Positions 34,938 through 50,730 of a stretch of DNA of 64,000 nucleotides are shown here, piece by piece (within the stretch, counting starts at the first letter, position 1; the number at the start of each line of letters is the position of its first letter). The DNA is taken from NCBI GenBank assembly GCA_951406725.2, contig OX597832.1, positions 33,232,001-33,296,000 of the forward strand, in the 5' to 3' direction. The notes under the pieces were generated by a model. That model saw only the letters and a list, made by a program, of their open reading frames with translations. It was not told the origin of the DNA and did not search any database. Source of the stretch: Octopus vulgaris. Its lineage: Eukaryota. The position numbers and the translations under genes were made by a program.

Positions 34938-36079
34938 TTGTGTGCATGAGTGAGTGCGTGGTGTGTGTGTGTGTGTGTGTGTTTCAACAATAATTAAAGT
35001 TTGGATTTAGGAATTCAAAGTTTAGTATCTAAACAGTATTTTGGGTATGTCACTGTGTCGCGTGCCGGTAGAGCACGTTCACCTCGTATGGTTGCAGTAA
35101 ATGTACATTCGTCGCTGGATTTAAGTTCGGAATTCCACAATGCACTTTCAATACTGTAGAGATAATTGATAGAGAATATTAAGGTTACTGAAAACTTTAT
35201 TTGTCACCACGCTCGTTTCAGCACAAACTGCACCGCTCCCTCCTGAGTAGAGAACAATATAAAGAATTCTAAATGATCCCACATGGCAGAAGTACCTCTC
35301 ATGTTGCATAAGTGACTTTTCGCTCATTGGCTTAGATCGATCATTTTGGTAGTAGTTGCATCATAATTACATTGATTGATAATGAATGAACGACGCATGG
35401 TTTACTGGGCTGGAGACACAGAGAGGATATAGTTGATAAAAAATGCAATGCAAAGAATAAAGAAAGGTAGGCATATAATGGCTTTCAAAGAAAACCAAAT
35501 CTAAAGCCTGTCAAATCCTTTGATGTTTGGTCATGAGGTCTGGAGTTTGTTGGGGATATAGTTCAGGCCGTGCCACTTAATGACTATTGGGCACATATCA
35601 ATATGCCAACATACGAAAATATACACATTCTTCTATATGCATAAGTATATACACACGCACACACATACTCATTTATACATGTACGTGCGCCATTCAACAT
35701 ATTATAGAGATTCATCCATATATACACACATAGCAACAACAGGTTTAACGATGCGTATACCTCCAGACATATATACTCAGGCTGAAATATGTGCCTCTGA
35801 CGCATACATACATTCACAGAGAATACCTCTAATTTCCTTATCAACTACTAACTACTTCTAATATATATATATATATGCATACATACATATTAGAGGGAAA
35901 CCACTATGGCAAGACCATAGCGGATCTATTTCTAGTATAAGGCTGCCCACATAGTGGCTTTCCTCAAATATGTATATAATACAATTTTACTGAACCTTCA
36001 GTTTTTTTTTATAGGCTAAACCACTGGTGTGAAATCGATGTTAATTAAATTAATATCTAATTTCTCACCCTCATTTTAA

Positions 36080-36115
<36 letters not shown>

Positions 36116-38566
36116 AATTACACATGCACATGAGCCTCTGTGTGTATGTATTGGTTGTATGTATGTGTATGTGTGTTTGCATGTCTGTGTATGTGTGTGT
36201 ATTTAAGTAATTTTCTAATCACAATGATTTTTCTCGTTCTAATTAGTGATCATTACATAAAGTTCAGATATGCTTGTTTGCAATCTTCTTTTAATTAATA
36301 CTCCTGATCGTTTCATTTGAGGAAGGCTTTGCTGCCATATCTTATCAGAGCGGGAAAACTCATTTATGCACTCTCCATTCCCGAGATATGAGGATAATCA
36401 TGTGACTCGAATGCATTATGCCATAAAACACAATCGGCCCTAATGGCAACCGTGAAATTTGATGTCTTCCTCATTATCATACAAGATCTTCTATTCAATA
36501 GAGGGAAGAGGTATTTCGATATTTGTTGTTAGAAAAATTCCTTGCTTTCCAGAAGATTCTTCTTGCTGTTATCGCGTAAAGTCTTAGCAATTTCCCAACA
36601 TGTTTTTGTTACTGTTATTGTTGTTATTGCTGTTGTCGTTAATCTTGCTGCAGTCGTCTTCGTTGATGTTCTTCTTCTTATCGTCGTCGTCTTAATTCTT
36701 TTTATTCTTCGCGGATTTGTTCCTTCTTTTTCATCTTCATACCCCCCCCCCTGCACCTCCTCCGCTTCCTTCATTTTCTTCCTCATCCTCTTCGTCTTTT
36801 TTTTCTTCGTGTAATTGCTCTTGTCGTTCTTTTTATTTCCCCGGGCTTCCTTCTTCATGTCCTTCTTTTTTACTCTTTCTTCTAATTCTTTATTTTTCTT
36901 TATTTTTTCTTCGTCTTCTTCCATCTGAAATCAAATCCAGGAGAGCATGCGACAATATACGCATACACCTATAGACACAAATATGTACAAACACACGCAC
37001 ACACACACACTCATTTACATATGCCCGTTCGCCATTCAAAATATTTACATAGACTCATCCATATATACATACATATCCGCAACAGACTTTATCGATGCGT
37101 ATACGTCCACACATATATACTCACGCTCAAATATGTGCATTCACATATTCCTGCATACATACAACCCAGACAAACCTCCCTGTGGCACTCCAGCCCTGAC
37201 AATCCTCTCTATTGAAGATTACATTTTCTTCCGCATATTTTGTTCTGTATTTAAACAGTAGAACGGGGGTTTGAGGGCGACTATACTGCTCTATCTAGCC
37301 AATCTATCAACCAATCAGAGTCTACTTGGTTCAGTTTCTGTTGCAGCCGTTTCATTCAGATCAGCAAGGTTAGAGCTGCCCTCTAACATTGGTTTCCAAT
37401 TTGGTCCCAATGCAAGCAATATTCAAGGGCAGAGCCTTACTTGATACCACGGTCCCTAATCCATTTTTGATATCTTATCTTATTTACATTGACGGAATGA
37501 AAGACAAAGATAACATCGCAAGTATTTGAACTTCGAATGTACAGGTACGGAAAAATTACCAGAAACAATTTTCCCAACACTCACCGATCCTACAAAGGCT
37601 CCACCTTCAACAGAAACTATAATAATGCTTTTTATTACAAGAACAAGGCCCGAAATTTCAACGCTAATGGCCAGGCAATTACATCGACTCCTAGTGCTAA
37701 AGTGGTATTTATTTTATCGAGTTCCGAAAAGATGGACGCAAAATAGGCCACAGCAGTGTTTTGAACTCAGAACGTAAAGCCGAACAAAACAGTCCTTATA
37801 ACGATAACAGTCGTTTCGGCCGTGACCATCCTATCTTTAAAACTGACAAATTGCATTTAAAATTGCTTAATATCTAAACTCGAAATAGATTCACAATGAA
37901 ATATTAATAGGAAAGATTGCGAGATATTGTGAAACACAATCTTTTGTTTTCTAATAAATTATTGCCGCATACGACAGCCATTGTCTTTAACAAAAGGCGG
38001 AAACAGCTTCGCCATTTTGGCTGGCTGCAAACATTCTTCTTTCTCTTGCTGATGTGGCTTATATTCAAATACAAGCAAAGATATATTATAACAATTTAAC
38101 CATATTTATCCCCTTGCAATGTTAAATAACATCAGTGGTTCCAAAGTTAAACAAAATAGAATTTAATGCAAATTTTCTGTAAGCATTATTGTTCAAATGC
38201 ATTTTTCTTTTAACGGAATTTTTGTCTATATCTGTCTTCATATTTAATGTTTATAATATATACATATGCATTAAAATATATTTAGCCTTTCAGACAAATA
38301 ATAATGTAGTGGGACCAAAACAAAGATTCCCTTTCTGGCAAGAAATTTAATGTTTCCATCGAAATGTTACAAATCTGCTGCGGGGCGAATATTTCCGAGT
38401 TACATTTAAATCTATTAAAGATTAACAATGATTCAACATACAACAATACTTAATGCACATCAACTATAAAATTTTCCAAACTTACATAAACACACAAACA
38501 AATGCGTCAACGAATGCATATATCTATCTATCTGTCTTACTTTCTCTCTCATACTCTCTCTCTCTA

Positions 38567-38622
<56 letters not shown>

Positions 38623-38666
38623 CATACGTATATATATATATATATATAAACCCTTATTGCTCTATT

Positions 38667-38713
<47 letters not shown>

Positions 38714-39057
38714 AAAAGTTTGAAAATGCCATTATATAAGATAAATTTTAATTTTCTTAGAGATTTTACATATTCCGGTTCTTCTTGAAAAAACGAATGT
38801 TATCAAAAATATGCGCACAAGCAAACAAAAAGGAACGCAGTGTAAATAATGGACAGAGCCAAGACTATTCAAAAGGCTGCAAGACGCAACGAAAATTTTA
38901 GGAAAATAAAAATAAGAAATAATCGGAAATTTTACCGGTGAGTGTGTTACATTATAAGGCACAAAAAGAAAATGACTCTCCCCAGACACAACAGAATATG
39001 CTTCAAGACACGAATTCATATTAAGAATCTTGCTAACCAAATCCGAAACTGAAACAC

Positions 39058-39102
<45 letters not shown>

Positions 39103-39863
39103 TATGTGTGTGTGTGTATGTGTGTGTGTATATATTCATTTATTCACGAATTTAAAACCGATATAAGAAATGTGAAGGGGTCGTCTGCTTTGAAACTTTA
39201 TACGTATATGAAGAAGTGTCAAGATAAAAGGAGGCCGAACTTACAAATCAGCGAACTTGAATTGCGTTATAGGATGCTCCTCGTGTTTGGGAAATTATAT
39301 GTGACAGGCTGGATTATCACTATGCAGAATAATGTGCAACATCAACAGTTTAACATCGAAAACCAAAGGAAAAATATATTAAGGAGGCATATAGCTATCG
39401 GATCTGGAACGGAACTGTGAAGTGTTAAGTATTTCCATTCTGCAAAGGTGCGAATTCAACAACAGAACAGTAATGCACATTTGAAGAAGGAAATTTTGCG
39501 AAATATGAAAACACTTTTAAACAGATGAGGAATAATTTCTATGAATGTCCTGTAATACATATGCTCACACACATATTCACACTCTTCATGAATATGTACG
39601 AACATATCATTAATCTGTGTATGTGTGTATTGGTGGATGTTTGATAGTAGACCCTCGTATAAGATTAGGTAGGTTTCTGTGAGTGCGTAGGTGTTTTTGG
39701 TTCTTTTCTAAGTACCTCTATACCTGTTTCTACATCTTGTGTTAGCTATAGTAACCACTAAAATATTCATTTCTTGCCAGGTATCAAATTTAAACATGAC
39801 TCCTTACTCTGACTTTAAAAACTCTTAGAATGAAAACAATTTGGAATGTAATATACGTATATG

Positions 39864-39923
<60 letters not shown>

Positions 39924-40787
39924 TATATAGATTAGATAAAGTTTCAAAATGAAATAACTCTGTTGTTAATCTTTTAATGTACTTGAAGAAGATCGGTGTA
40001 TGTCAGGTGGATAGGTGTGACAAGTCTAAAGAGGGGAACTAGAAAGGCCATAAGCCTCAACAATTTAATCAAGGATTTGGTGCCCCATACAGAGGCAAAC
40101 CTATACAGCCTGTTCCTTTTTTCTGTTGTCCCTTTACTGGATGGCAGGAAAAGACTTTAAGACATTCAGAGATTCCTGACGACACAAAATATATGGAGAT
40201 ATTTGTACAAGCCTTGAATGGAAGTTAATACCTTACACAGTTATTCGTCTGTCAATAACCTTATAACTACAAAGAGAAAAAGTGTGAGAGGGAGAGATGA
40301 ATGGAGAAACGAGAAGTGATAAATGGAACTGAGTTATCTAATCATTGTAAACATGGATTACTTTCCTTTGGAGGTTGGCCTGTATTTTATATCTCTGTAA
40401 AGTCCGACAAGGTAGATTGACAATGATGCTTGAATCGTTTTCAGAAAAATTGCTAATCAGCCATCTTCCTCATAGTGAGAGCAATTCGTCAAGAAAGATA
40501 TAAGTGTATGTACGTGTATGTATGCATGTATGTATATATGTTTGTATGTATGTATATATATATGTAGGTATGTATGTAGACACATATGTAACGTATTTAA
40601 TGTGGCTAGACTGTTATAAAATTTATTCACTCGGCTCTTTCATATCGACCGCTCAGAAATATATAGTGCGCTCTGTGATCTAAATGATATCATAGAAATG
40701 TTTGCATATATATATATATATATATACGCATATATATACATATATATATATATATATACATATATACATAAATATATATATACATAT

Positions 40788-40838
<51 letters not shown>

Positions 40839-41273
40839 CACATATGTATAGATATGTATGTATAAATATAATATATATATATACATATATATGCACAGAA
40901 ACACAAACACACACATATGTATATTTATATATATGTGTGCGTGTGTGTGCAAGTACATATGGTATATAGACGTAGGTAGATATAGAGAAACAATATATAA
41001 CGATGTATATATATATGTGTGTATATGTATACACGAACAGTATTTATATATTTATATGAATCTAAATATTGGGCTTGTTTATTGCAAAATAAAAGATATA
41101 TATGTGTGTGTATATATGTATATGTATATGGATATATATATATATATTTATATATACATATATGAGCCCCACCCATACGTACGTATGTTATCTATATATT
41201 TATGAAAATCTACTCATTGAGTTCATAAATTCTCAAATAAAAGAAGGTATATATATATATATGCATGTGTCTT

Positions 41274-41316
<43 letters not shown>

Positions 41317-41407
41317 TTATATATATATGTGTATATATATATTTATATATATCTATATATATATACATATATATTTGTGTGTGTGTGCATTTGTGTGTGT
41401 GTGCGCG

Positions 41408-41444
<37 letters not shown>

Positions 41445-44400
41445 ATGGGCGTGTTTGTGTGTAGGAGATCACAAACTATAAACATTATTAATATAAATAA
41501 AAATTTCGGAATAGAGAAGTCATAGATAGTTTCACAAACTACAAATTTAATTTTTCCTTTGATTTGTTGAACATTAATTAAGCGACAACTGATTCCAACT
41601 GTATTCAATGAAAACAAGAAATCGAATATTAAATTTCACCGAACATCAAAGAAATAGAAAAAAAAATGGTGCGGCTGCCTGAATCTTCCCATCACGAGAA
41701 ACGCAGCAGACACTATGGATGGCTAGACGTGTCAGATGTGCATCGGACTGGAAGACTGGGAATTAAGGAAACCACACTTGGATGGATGACTTGTAAGGAA
41801 TAGCAAGGGAATTTAGCCCGGATTGCAACAACCCTCTTTTTTACAGTTTCCGGTAATCTCTCTCTGTAAGGAAGAGGAAAACGATGTCTCCAAAGAGCTT
41901 GTGCATGTTTTTATATGCGGATGCCAAGTTGACAGGGTACGTCTTGGATGAATGAACTTAGAACGTAGATCAGGACTAGGAAATGTGATGTATTAGGGCC
42001 AGTGGTGCACATTTCAAGCAGAATAGTTGGTAAAAAGAGAAAGTTGTAAAACCTAAGTGGGACGTTAGATATGATAGTCAGATAAACAAAAGCAACCGAG
42101 GTTATGACTGAATTGGCTGTTGGGATCGAACTCATTGCAACAGTTGCGAAAAAGTAATCAGAAAGCGCATTGTTCAAGTTTAAGTAAGCAACTTCACATA
42201 TATACGCGGGACATGAAGCATCACTTCTCGACGCTCTCAGTGTCAATTCAAGTGAAATTGGTGCCGCATTGGAAAGCCACATCTTGGCATTGTGTCTGAG
42301 AAAGAATTGCTCTCAGGACTCAAAGATTGGGAACAGATCTTTCGAGGCACCATGCCTGACGCTGTAGCTGTGGCGCATAACCTTCACCCTGGGTTTATAC
42401 TTTCCATCAAGCCTGAAAGGATAAATGGTAAATTTTCCGTAGGCGTGATTCGAACTCAGAGTACAGAGTCAAAATAAATGCCGCCAGTAATCCTGTCCAA
42501 CATGCAGCCGAAATTAATAATTTGCTGACATGAAAGAATTAGTGATCGATATAATCGATTTTTATCCTCAGGTAAATACGTGCTGAGAACATTTTCGAAT
42601 GGAGGTCATCTCTCTCAAGTGTGACCTCTGGCTCAACAACAACATCAACAAAGAGATTGGAAATGGGTTTCTACGAATTGAATTTTGAAGATTAAACATA
42701 TTCATGATATGTTGATTAGTAAAACATATGTTTACTATTTATATTTGATGTTTGTCTGTGTTTGTTTAAAGACGGCGACTTTTTGACAGAGTTAATGCTT
42801 TCCTACAAACTAAAACATGAAGCTAGACACGGATAACTAATTACCTGGAAATTTAGGTGGATATGTTTGCAAATAAAATACTGGCGTTTCACGCTTGTTT
42901 GAGTTCATTTAGTTGACGCGAAAATAAATATATACTCATTTGTATATGTAGTTTTCTGATATTAAACTTTCTAAATAATATTTTAATACTGGTTAAATTT
43001 TAGATCAAGTCCAACCAACTTGCGTGAGAGGTTAAGTCGAATAGATCGACCCAGTGTTCAGTTGATACTTACTTTTTGGACCCCGAAATACAAAGTCGAC
43101 TTCAGTGGTATTTGAAATCAGAACATAAAGACAGACGAAACGCCGTTAATCATTTTATGCGACGGACGAACGATTCAGCGAGCACGAAGTCTTAAACGAT
43201 ATTCTAAAATTAGTTCATTCAAACGAGCATTAATAACAATTCTATCAAGCTTAAAACTAGAAAAGGACAAATCTCAACCGATACCAACACTGGATCGACT
43301 TATTGCTTTCTATCCTCTCTCAGACTTGAGGATGTTAAGCAACATTTCGAAATTAATAAAATATGCCAACACATTTTTTATTGTTACCTAAACTATAATG
43401 GATAAGGCTTCTTATAAATTAGCCGACTCACACTGGACGTTTTGCCCTGTGTGAGTCGGCTTTGACAAAATTTCGTGCTCGTGTTTCATGTGACTTTTTT
43501 CGTGATGTTGATTTTCACACTATGCAATAAATCCACTACGACTCATTTAAGACTTCTTCGTTGATGAAGTAATTTTCTTGCACATTTTTGGTTTCGAAAT
43601 TACAGACCGAATTCTCCGAGTTGAGTTTCGTTCATTAATAACATCGGTTTGTTTATTCTAGACGTCTATTTCCAACTTGCCCGATTTAAAATTCTTACTT
43701 TCAATCCCGCCAAAATTGATCTAGAAATGATTATTTCCCTGACTGGACCCCAGGGCAAACTACGGGAGTATGAAACATCTCTACTTTTTATTTGTTATTC
43801 TTTGGTTTGAGTCGAATATTCTTTAAACGTTTGATGACACACAGTGAGATTATACAATCGTGTTCAATTAATAAATTGTAATCTCTCTCACTCTCTCTCT
43901 ATTTCTCTCTCTCTCTCTCTTTTCTCTCAGCTTATATGTGCGAACATATTTCTCTTTACACATTTGAAGAGACGAAACGCGTTTATGCCAATAGCGCTAA
44001 CTTAATAAAATGCATTATTTGTCTCTCCCTTCCTATCTCACTCTTTTTGTTTTTACGAGTGTATGTGTGTGTGTATCTGTGTATGGGTGTGTAAGTGGGG
44101 AGGTGTGCCTGTGTGTATGTCAGTGTGTGTGAACTTGTCAGTGTTTAACACCACTTGCTAAAGCGCACCGCCTCTAAAATAGCCTCAATCGCCATTGAGC
44201 AGAGACAGATCATTAACGACGCCGCACAACAATTCCCAGTCGTCTCATTCTGAGAAATAGATTTCTACTCCATGATTGATGTCAATTCTTTTCTCTTCTC
44301 TCCAGACATAATAGCAACTGTAATCTTAAAAGGTGAAAATATAGCAAGGCAAGGTTCAGAATGTCTTTCTCACGGGAATAAGGCTACCTGTGATTCCATC

Positions 44401-44738
44401 AATCGAGGAGAGACAAAGTGAAAGAAGCACTACCAGATGTAGATGCACGAAACTTGTTCGCCATCTTGATAATATTATAAGAAATTGTTTGGATAAAAAT
44501 ATTGAATAGTTCAACGAAATCTTAACACAAATCAGATATGCACTTTTATTTCAGATGAGACTTCTAATACATCTTTTATTCAACTTAAGTGGATGCGGCA
44601 TTAAGCAGCTGGAAAAGATGTTAATCTACTGCATACAAAGATGACCTGGTTGTAAAACATTTTGAATAAGTATCACATGCTAGAAATCAAACAAATACAT
44701 GCACATACGTGTCAATATCCATACATACATGCATACGT

Positions 44739-44807
<69 letters not shown>

Positions 44808-45019
44808 ACGCATATTTAGTAAAAAAGAAAATAGTAACACATACATGAAAAGGTACGTAAATGCAAGACATATAGCAAGCTGATGAAGACAAGACACATA
44901 TGCACACAAACAAAGAGAATAATCTGCGAACTCACCTAACAGCTCACGCGCACATATTGGCAGGCATTCGTATAAAAAATACAGAAAATAAAGGCAGAAA
45001 CACATTGTAAGAGCTACTA

Positions 45020-45052
<33 letters not shown>

Positions 45053-45467
45053 TACACATAGAAACAGTGACGCATGCGCCCAAATACAGAACGTTTTCCA
45101 TGAAGCGCAGGCATCGTACAGCGCTCTGGTAGCATAGACAGACTTCAACTGAGATGTTTACAAGTTTCAAAAACCGATATCGATTTTCATTTCTATGAAA
45201 ATAGAGAAAATATTAACAAAATATATTTATTTAACATTTCTGAATTGACCTGAGAGCTTTAGAATATCAGCACAGCAATTTGGGGCGAGTAAAGTTTGTT
45301 TCTACTGCGTGGTAACTTGTGCAAGAGCGTTCTCTTGTAGCGGCGATTGGGTTCAACGAATTCTTTGAGACGCGGGAACTGCCGGCCATTCGTTGTATGT
45401 TTGTGTAAAGACAGACATACACACAGACAAATCAATAGATCGATAGATAGATAGCTAGCTAGCTAGC

Positions 45468-45553
<86 letters not shown>

Positions 45554-45739
45554 GATACATAGATACATAGATAGAAGAGTGATTGAGGAATAGATAGATG
45601 TATATATGTGTGTGTTGCTGCTCGTGTGTGTGCATGTGTCTGTGTGCGTGCCTTAAAGGATAAAGTACAAATTCTACTCGGCGGAATTATAATTTAGAAC
45701 GCACAGATGGACGAAATGAGACTACAAAAATTGTACATG

Positions 45740-45937
45740 ATAAGCTAAAAATTGTGCTCGATACTCTATAAAAATTGTAGAGCTCCTAGGGAAAGTTTAT
45801 CTCTTAGAGGCAGCAAGGATTATCAGGAGGGTTCTAAGCACTTGGAAAACTGCTGAAAAATTGTGGAAAACTAAGATTACAGGTAGTAATCTGTTAGCCA
45901 GATAAATCTCAACAGGAGTACGATCGAACTTGAGCCA

Positions 45938-45938
<1 letters not shown>
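45740..45938 (+). mobile_element. Dong/R4 3'-terminal fragment
   Basis: Reads IVELLGKVYLLEAARIIRRVLST (compare QKIALLGTAHILRRTLS), followed by a short UTR and (TAA)n 45939-46005. Confidence 0.6.
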
Positions 45939-46006
<68 letters not shown>

Positions 46007-46009
<3 letters not shown>

Positions 46010-46146
46010 ATCACCTTGTCGCGCACATATGGCTGTGATGCATGTGCCTAGTGTACCCTTATCAGACGAGTAGTCATGATGAGTATACTGGGCTTCGTAT
46101 ATTTTACCCCAGTGTCACTTTGATGGCATGCACTGCTCTCTCATTC
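46007..46146 (+). mobile_element. 140-bp insert between two (TAA)n arrays, probably a retroelement 3' end
   Basis: Unique-complexity segment cleanly bounded by (TAA)n on both sides, with no ORF. Confidence 0.45.
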
Positions 46147-46192
<46 letters not shown>

Positions 46193-48090
46193 GTCTTTTA
46201 AAAAGGATTGACGTAGCGCTTCACAAAGATAAACAGTCAAGACGAAGAGCGTGATTCGACTGTAAGATATTGTATTAGTTGAACAATATTTCAACAGTAA
46301 GTCTGGCTTTGTCAAGTTCAAAATAAGAAGTGATACAAATTCAAAATTATAGAAACTTAAACGTAAAGTATAAACGAGAACAACCAGTGTCCACACGTTG
46401 ATGGAATGACATCATCAGTTACAATTTTATAACAGGCGAAAAGAAAAAGACAGAAAAAAGAATACATAAGATTCCAATACTTTATGAGTAAAATCCAATG
46501 GTATTTGAAATTGTTCATTGCAAGTATGGAGTCTATACACATTGATTTTTGAATCAAAGGATTTTCTTTAAAGTGACCTAAAAATAGGGAGTGTATTAGT
46601 AGGGTCAATTCGAAAACAGGAAGAGAGGAATAAAGAAAGAGAAAAAAGAAAAGAGAGAGAAAAAGGAGGAGAAAGTAAGAAGAAAAGTGATAAAATAATA
46701 GAGAAATAAAAAAACAGGAGGGGGGGAAAAAGGAAAGAAAAAGAAATGGAGAAAGAAAACTAAGGTTAAAGTACCAGTTAATGGTCAGTGGAGATAATTT
46801 GAAAGTAGGAGTGGGGAGATAAAGGGTGATTGAGAGAGAAAGGTATTAAAGAAGGAATGTGGGTAGGTTATAAAAGGTAAAGGAGTGACCAATGTGTAGT
46901 GGTAGAGTCTAAGTAGTGGGGCAGAGAGGGAGGGTTAGTAGTAATGAGAAAAGAATTTAGGAATTTCTATGGTTTGGCAGGTCAGACTCTACCGCTACAC
47001 AGATGTAGAAATGAGTTTGCCTTTCCCTTGGATAAGATCAGTGGTATGAAGGTGAGAGATTGGTATACATGGGCGACTGCTGGCCTTCCATAAACAAACT
47101 TACCCGGACTTGTGCCTCGGAGAGTACTTTCTAGGTGTAATCCCATGGTTATTCAGATATGTATATGAGGAGACCCCCTCAGGTACATATCTGTGTGTGT
47201 ATAAATGTAGGTGTGTAAATGTACATATTTTTACATATAAGTGTGTATTTATAAAGATATATAATAACAATTTAATAAATAAAACATATGCATACATACA
47301 TACATATATGTACATACCTACATATATATGTATATATATATACATATATAATAAACGTAGAAAACAACGAGAAACGAAAACATAAAATCAAACAAGAAAA
47401 CGGACTTTTTTTAACAACGAAAAAACAGAGTACAAGACAAACAATATAAGGAATATACCCCTTCTTCAGCTGCCCCTGTTGCGACTCAATGCGTGTTTCG
47501 AAGGTAAGAGCAGAACACGATCTGGCCGAAGTAGTCCTTCCTGCAAAATGAATTAAAGAATGGAGCAGGAAAACTCCGGTCTACATATGTTTCATAGCGA
47601 TTGGAACCTAAGTAGTCGCAAAATCCAAGCGAGGTGTGTAGCACCGGCTAATCTTGATATATGTAAATGCTACATTGTCGCAAGGAGGTCTATGCTGATG
47701 CAAAGAGGATCCAATCAGAATATGTGGAGGGCTGAGTTTGTGAAGGATGTATAAATGTAGAGAGAAATAAATAGTAGAAGAATGAAAAAAATAAATAATA
47801 AAAAAATGAAGGAAAATAGAATAAATTATAGCGTAGTGAGGGGAAGGAGGGAATTTGCGCAGGTCAGTAGGAGATAATAGAAGAGTTTAGCTTAATCGCA
47901 GGATTGAATAGAGGGATTAGCATTCGAAGAGAAGGTAAATCAGAGGGGTGAGGGTAGGGAAATATTTCTGGTCGTAGGGGAGAAAGAAAATGTGTAAGAA
48001 TTAAGCAAGGTAGAGCGAGAAATGTAAGCATGGCTAGTGGTTGTTTGTAGACGGAGGGTTTCTATGTCCGAGAGGCATAAATTGGTAGAA

Positions 48091-48122
<32 letters not shown>

Positions 48123-48679
48123 TTCTCTCAAGCAAATTCAACCTCTAGGCATTGGTAGGACGGGGCTTATACTATAAGGCAGTTGCCTAACATGTCACTC
48201 AATGGGAATGGACCCGAAATCATGCGATTGCAAAACGAGTTTCTTAACCACGCAGCCAGGTTTCTGTTCTAAGTCTATAAGATACTATGGCTTTAATACA
48301 AATGAGGTACAACTGGTGTTAGCTGGACCGACAAAATCTAATGAATATTATGAGATTATGTTTTTTAAGTTACGTGTTTAAGCCAAGTTGAATTCAACGC
48401 AATCCTTTATAACTCCTGGGTCAAGAGAATATATACCACTTAAGTGCTGCACTCAATATAATCGAATATCTGAACCAAACATTTGTCTCATTTGGATCCT
48501 ATTTTATCAATTAATTTGCTGAAACTTACGTTTTATATCTACAAAACACACACAATAACACACATGCACACACACATGCACACACGGTCAAGTTTGCCTA
48601 TATACAAGTGTATGTATATATGTGTACGTGTATATATCTATATCCGAATATATGTACATGCATATATATATGTATAAGC

Positions 48680-48725
<46 letters not shown>

Positions 48726-50019
48726 CTATATATATATATATATATATACAGGTGTATGCGTATGTTTGTAAGCATATGCATACCTATCCAGTTACATCTT
48801 CATGAGTCACTGTACATTTTTATATACATCTATCTATATGTTTGCAAGTATATGTCTATACAAACCTATATGCCTAAATATATACATATACATATATATG
48901 AATACGTATATTTGTGTGTGTGTATATATATTATATGTGCATATTATTTGGGGAAGTGCTTATAGACATTTCATAGAATTTCCATTATATATTATTATTA
49001 TAGACAAAACGCATTCTTGTATGTGATTGTCTAAAAATTATATGATAGCCGCAGGTTTTACATATGATTAGAAAATTTTTAGCACCAATATGAATATATT
49101 AGGAATATTTTATGGAATCGTATCACTGTGTATTTTGATGCTTTTATGAATTTTCCATTATTATAACAAAAGTTGTATGGGTTTTACCATTCCTTATACA
49201 ATGGAAATGTTTAGGAATGAAATCGCAGAATTGTGAATTTAATTCCGTATCATTGCCTAAAGGAACTTCGCTATGATTTGCACGATTCTTTCCAGACAAT
49301 ACGATACTGTTAGGAAAGTTTAACAGAAAGAAAAAATAATGTTTAATGAATTTAACGAATTCCTTATTTTAAAAGTATGTTTCGAAAGAGAAGAATAAAC
49401 AAAAACACGGAAGAACTACAACAACAACAACAACGATAATGATTGTAAAAACAATATTGATGATGATAATAATATTAATAATAATATGTAAAGTATGGAT
49501 ACAAAACAAACTAAATATATAAATTTTTTTTCCACAATGGTGCCAAACTGTCAAATATTGCAAAGAAAGCATATATCATGTGGTGAAAATGAAAAAGAAA
49601 TATGCTAAAAAAAAAAAGATAATATTTGAAACAAATTTCCAAGGTGTTGTAGATGAGTTCTTGAGCATAAATCTAAAGTTTCAACAATTTGAAATTTAAA
49701 TTTCTTTACTAAAAATGTTAACATTTTTTTCTGTTATATGCAAATGTTTATTTCAATTTTGAAATGTGTTATACTTGTCTACCGCAAATAGAACATACTC
49801 AAACAATATGCTGATGGAGCGTAGATTGACAGAATCTTCAGACATTATGGTAAAATATCTTATCAAATACAGTTGTAGCACTTCAAGTCATGATCTCAAA
49901 CCACCCCGAAATCCGCTTTGCGTGTCATCCACCTGAATGTATAAAATATAGTATTAGCACAGCACATGGTATACCCTAGCGGCCAGATATTTTTCGGGGA
50001 GATATTCATTACTATATGC

Positions 50020-50056
<37 letters not shown>

Positions 50057-50104
50057 TATACATATACATACATATATAAATATATATATATGTTTGTATA
50101 TGTA

Positions 50105-50236
<132 letters not shown>

Positions 50237-50486
50237 TACATACATAAAATATAGGGTAGCTAGTTTTTTCTTAGAAATTTTACTACCAGTCGCCTAGCAT
50301 GTATAGATGATAGGCGACTGGTATAAAATATAAATACAAAATAGTGTACATTTAAACACAAGAGAAACCGCCTTCAACAGGCAGTTTTACACGCTAGAAG
50401 AAGTAGTCAAAACGACCAAAACCACATTTAAGAGCAACCTTCAAAAGGAATGAAAAATAAAATCTTTTACCTTATTATTTTATTCC

Positions 50487-50557
50487 GGTCAGACCTAGAT
50501 TTCACATTTTATTTACTAAATAAAATAATTTGCTAGGCGAATTTCTCTTCAGTGGCC
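50487..50557 (-). ncRNA. Type I hammerhead motif in the left arm of an inverted repeat
   Basis: Minus strand GGCCA-CTGAAGA-GAAATT...-GAAA-TCTAGG-TC-TGACC. The consensus of the two arms gives helix I GGTCA/TGACC and helix III ACCTAGGT. Confidence 0.6.
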
Positions 50558-50659
50558 GTGCCGTAACACTAACGTATAATTTAAAATTTTAAAAATTATA
50601 ATGTATATCGATAAGACACGTGTTGTTCGTCTCTTAATTATATGCTAGTGTTATGGCGC

Positions 50660-50730
50660 GGTTACTGATGAGAAATTCGCCTTGCAAGTTATTTTATTTG
50701 TTAATGAAAATTTGAAACTTAGGTCTAAGC
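50660..50730 (+). ncRNA. Type I hammerhead motif in the right arm of an inverted repeat
   Basis: GGTTA-CTGATGA-GAAATT...AATTT-GAAA-CTTAGG-TC-TAAGC, GUC site. Confidence 0.6.

Noticed and set aside
40620-40700. Possible decayed hammerhead on minus
   Set aside because: The CTGANGA box and helix III are too degenerate.
41911-42282. 123-aa minus-strand ORF
   Set aside because: It has no recognisable motif and is possibly a decayed LINE 3' region, so a gene call is not supported.
44306-44420. Acceptor-like polypyrimidine-CAG followed by a short open frame
   Set aside because: It is a single signal with no donor and no recognisable peptide.
47430-47550. Two half hammerheads on minus (GAAGG..CCTTC-GAAACACGC and CTGAAGA-AGGGG..TTCCT)
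   Set aside because: Each lacks half of the catalytic core. They may be decayed members of the system but cannot be supported individually.
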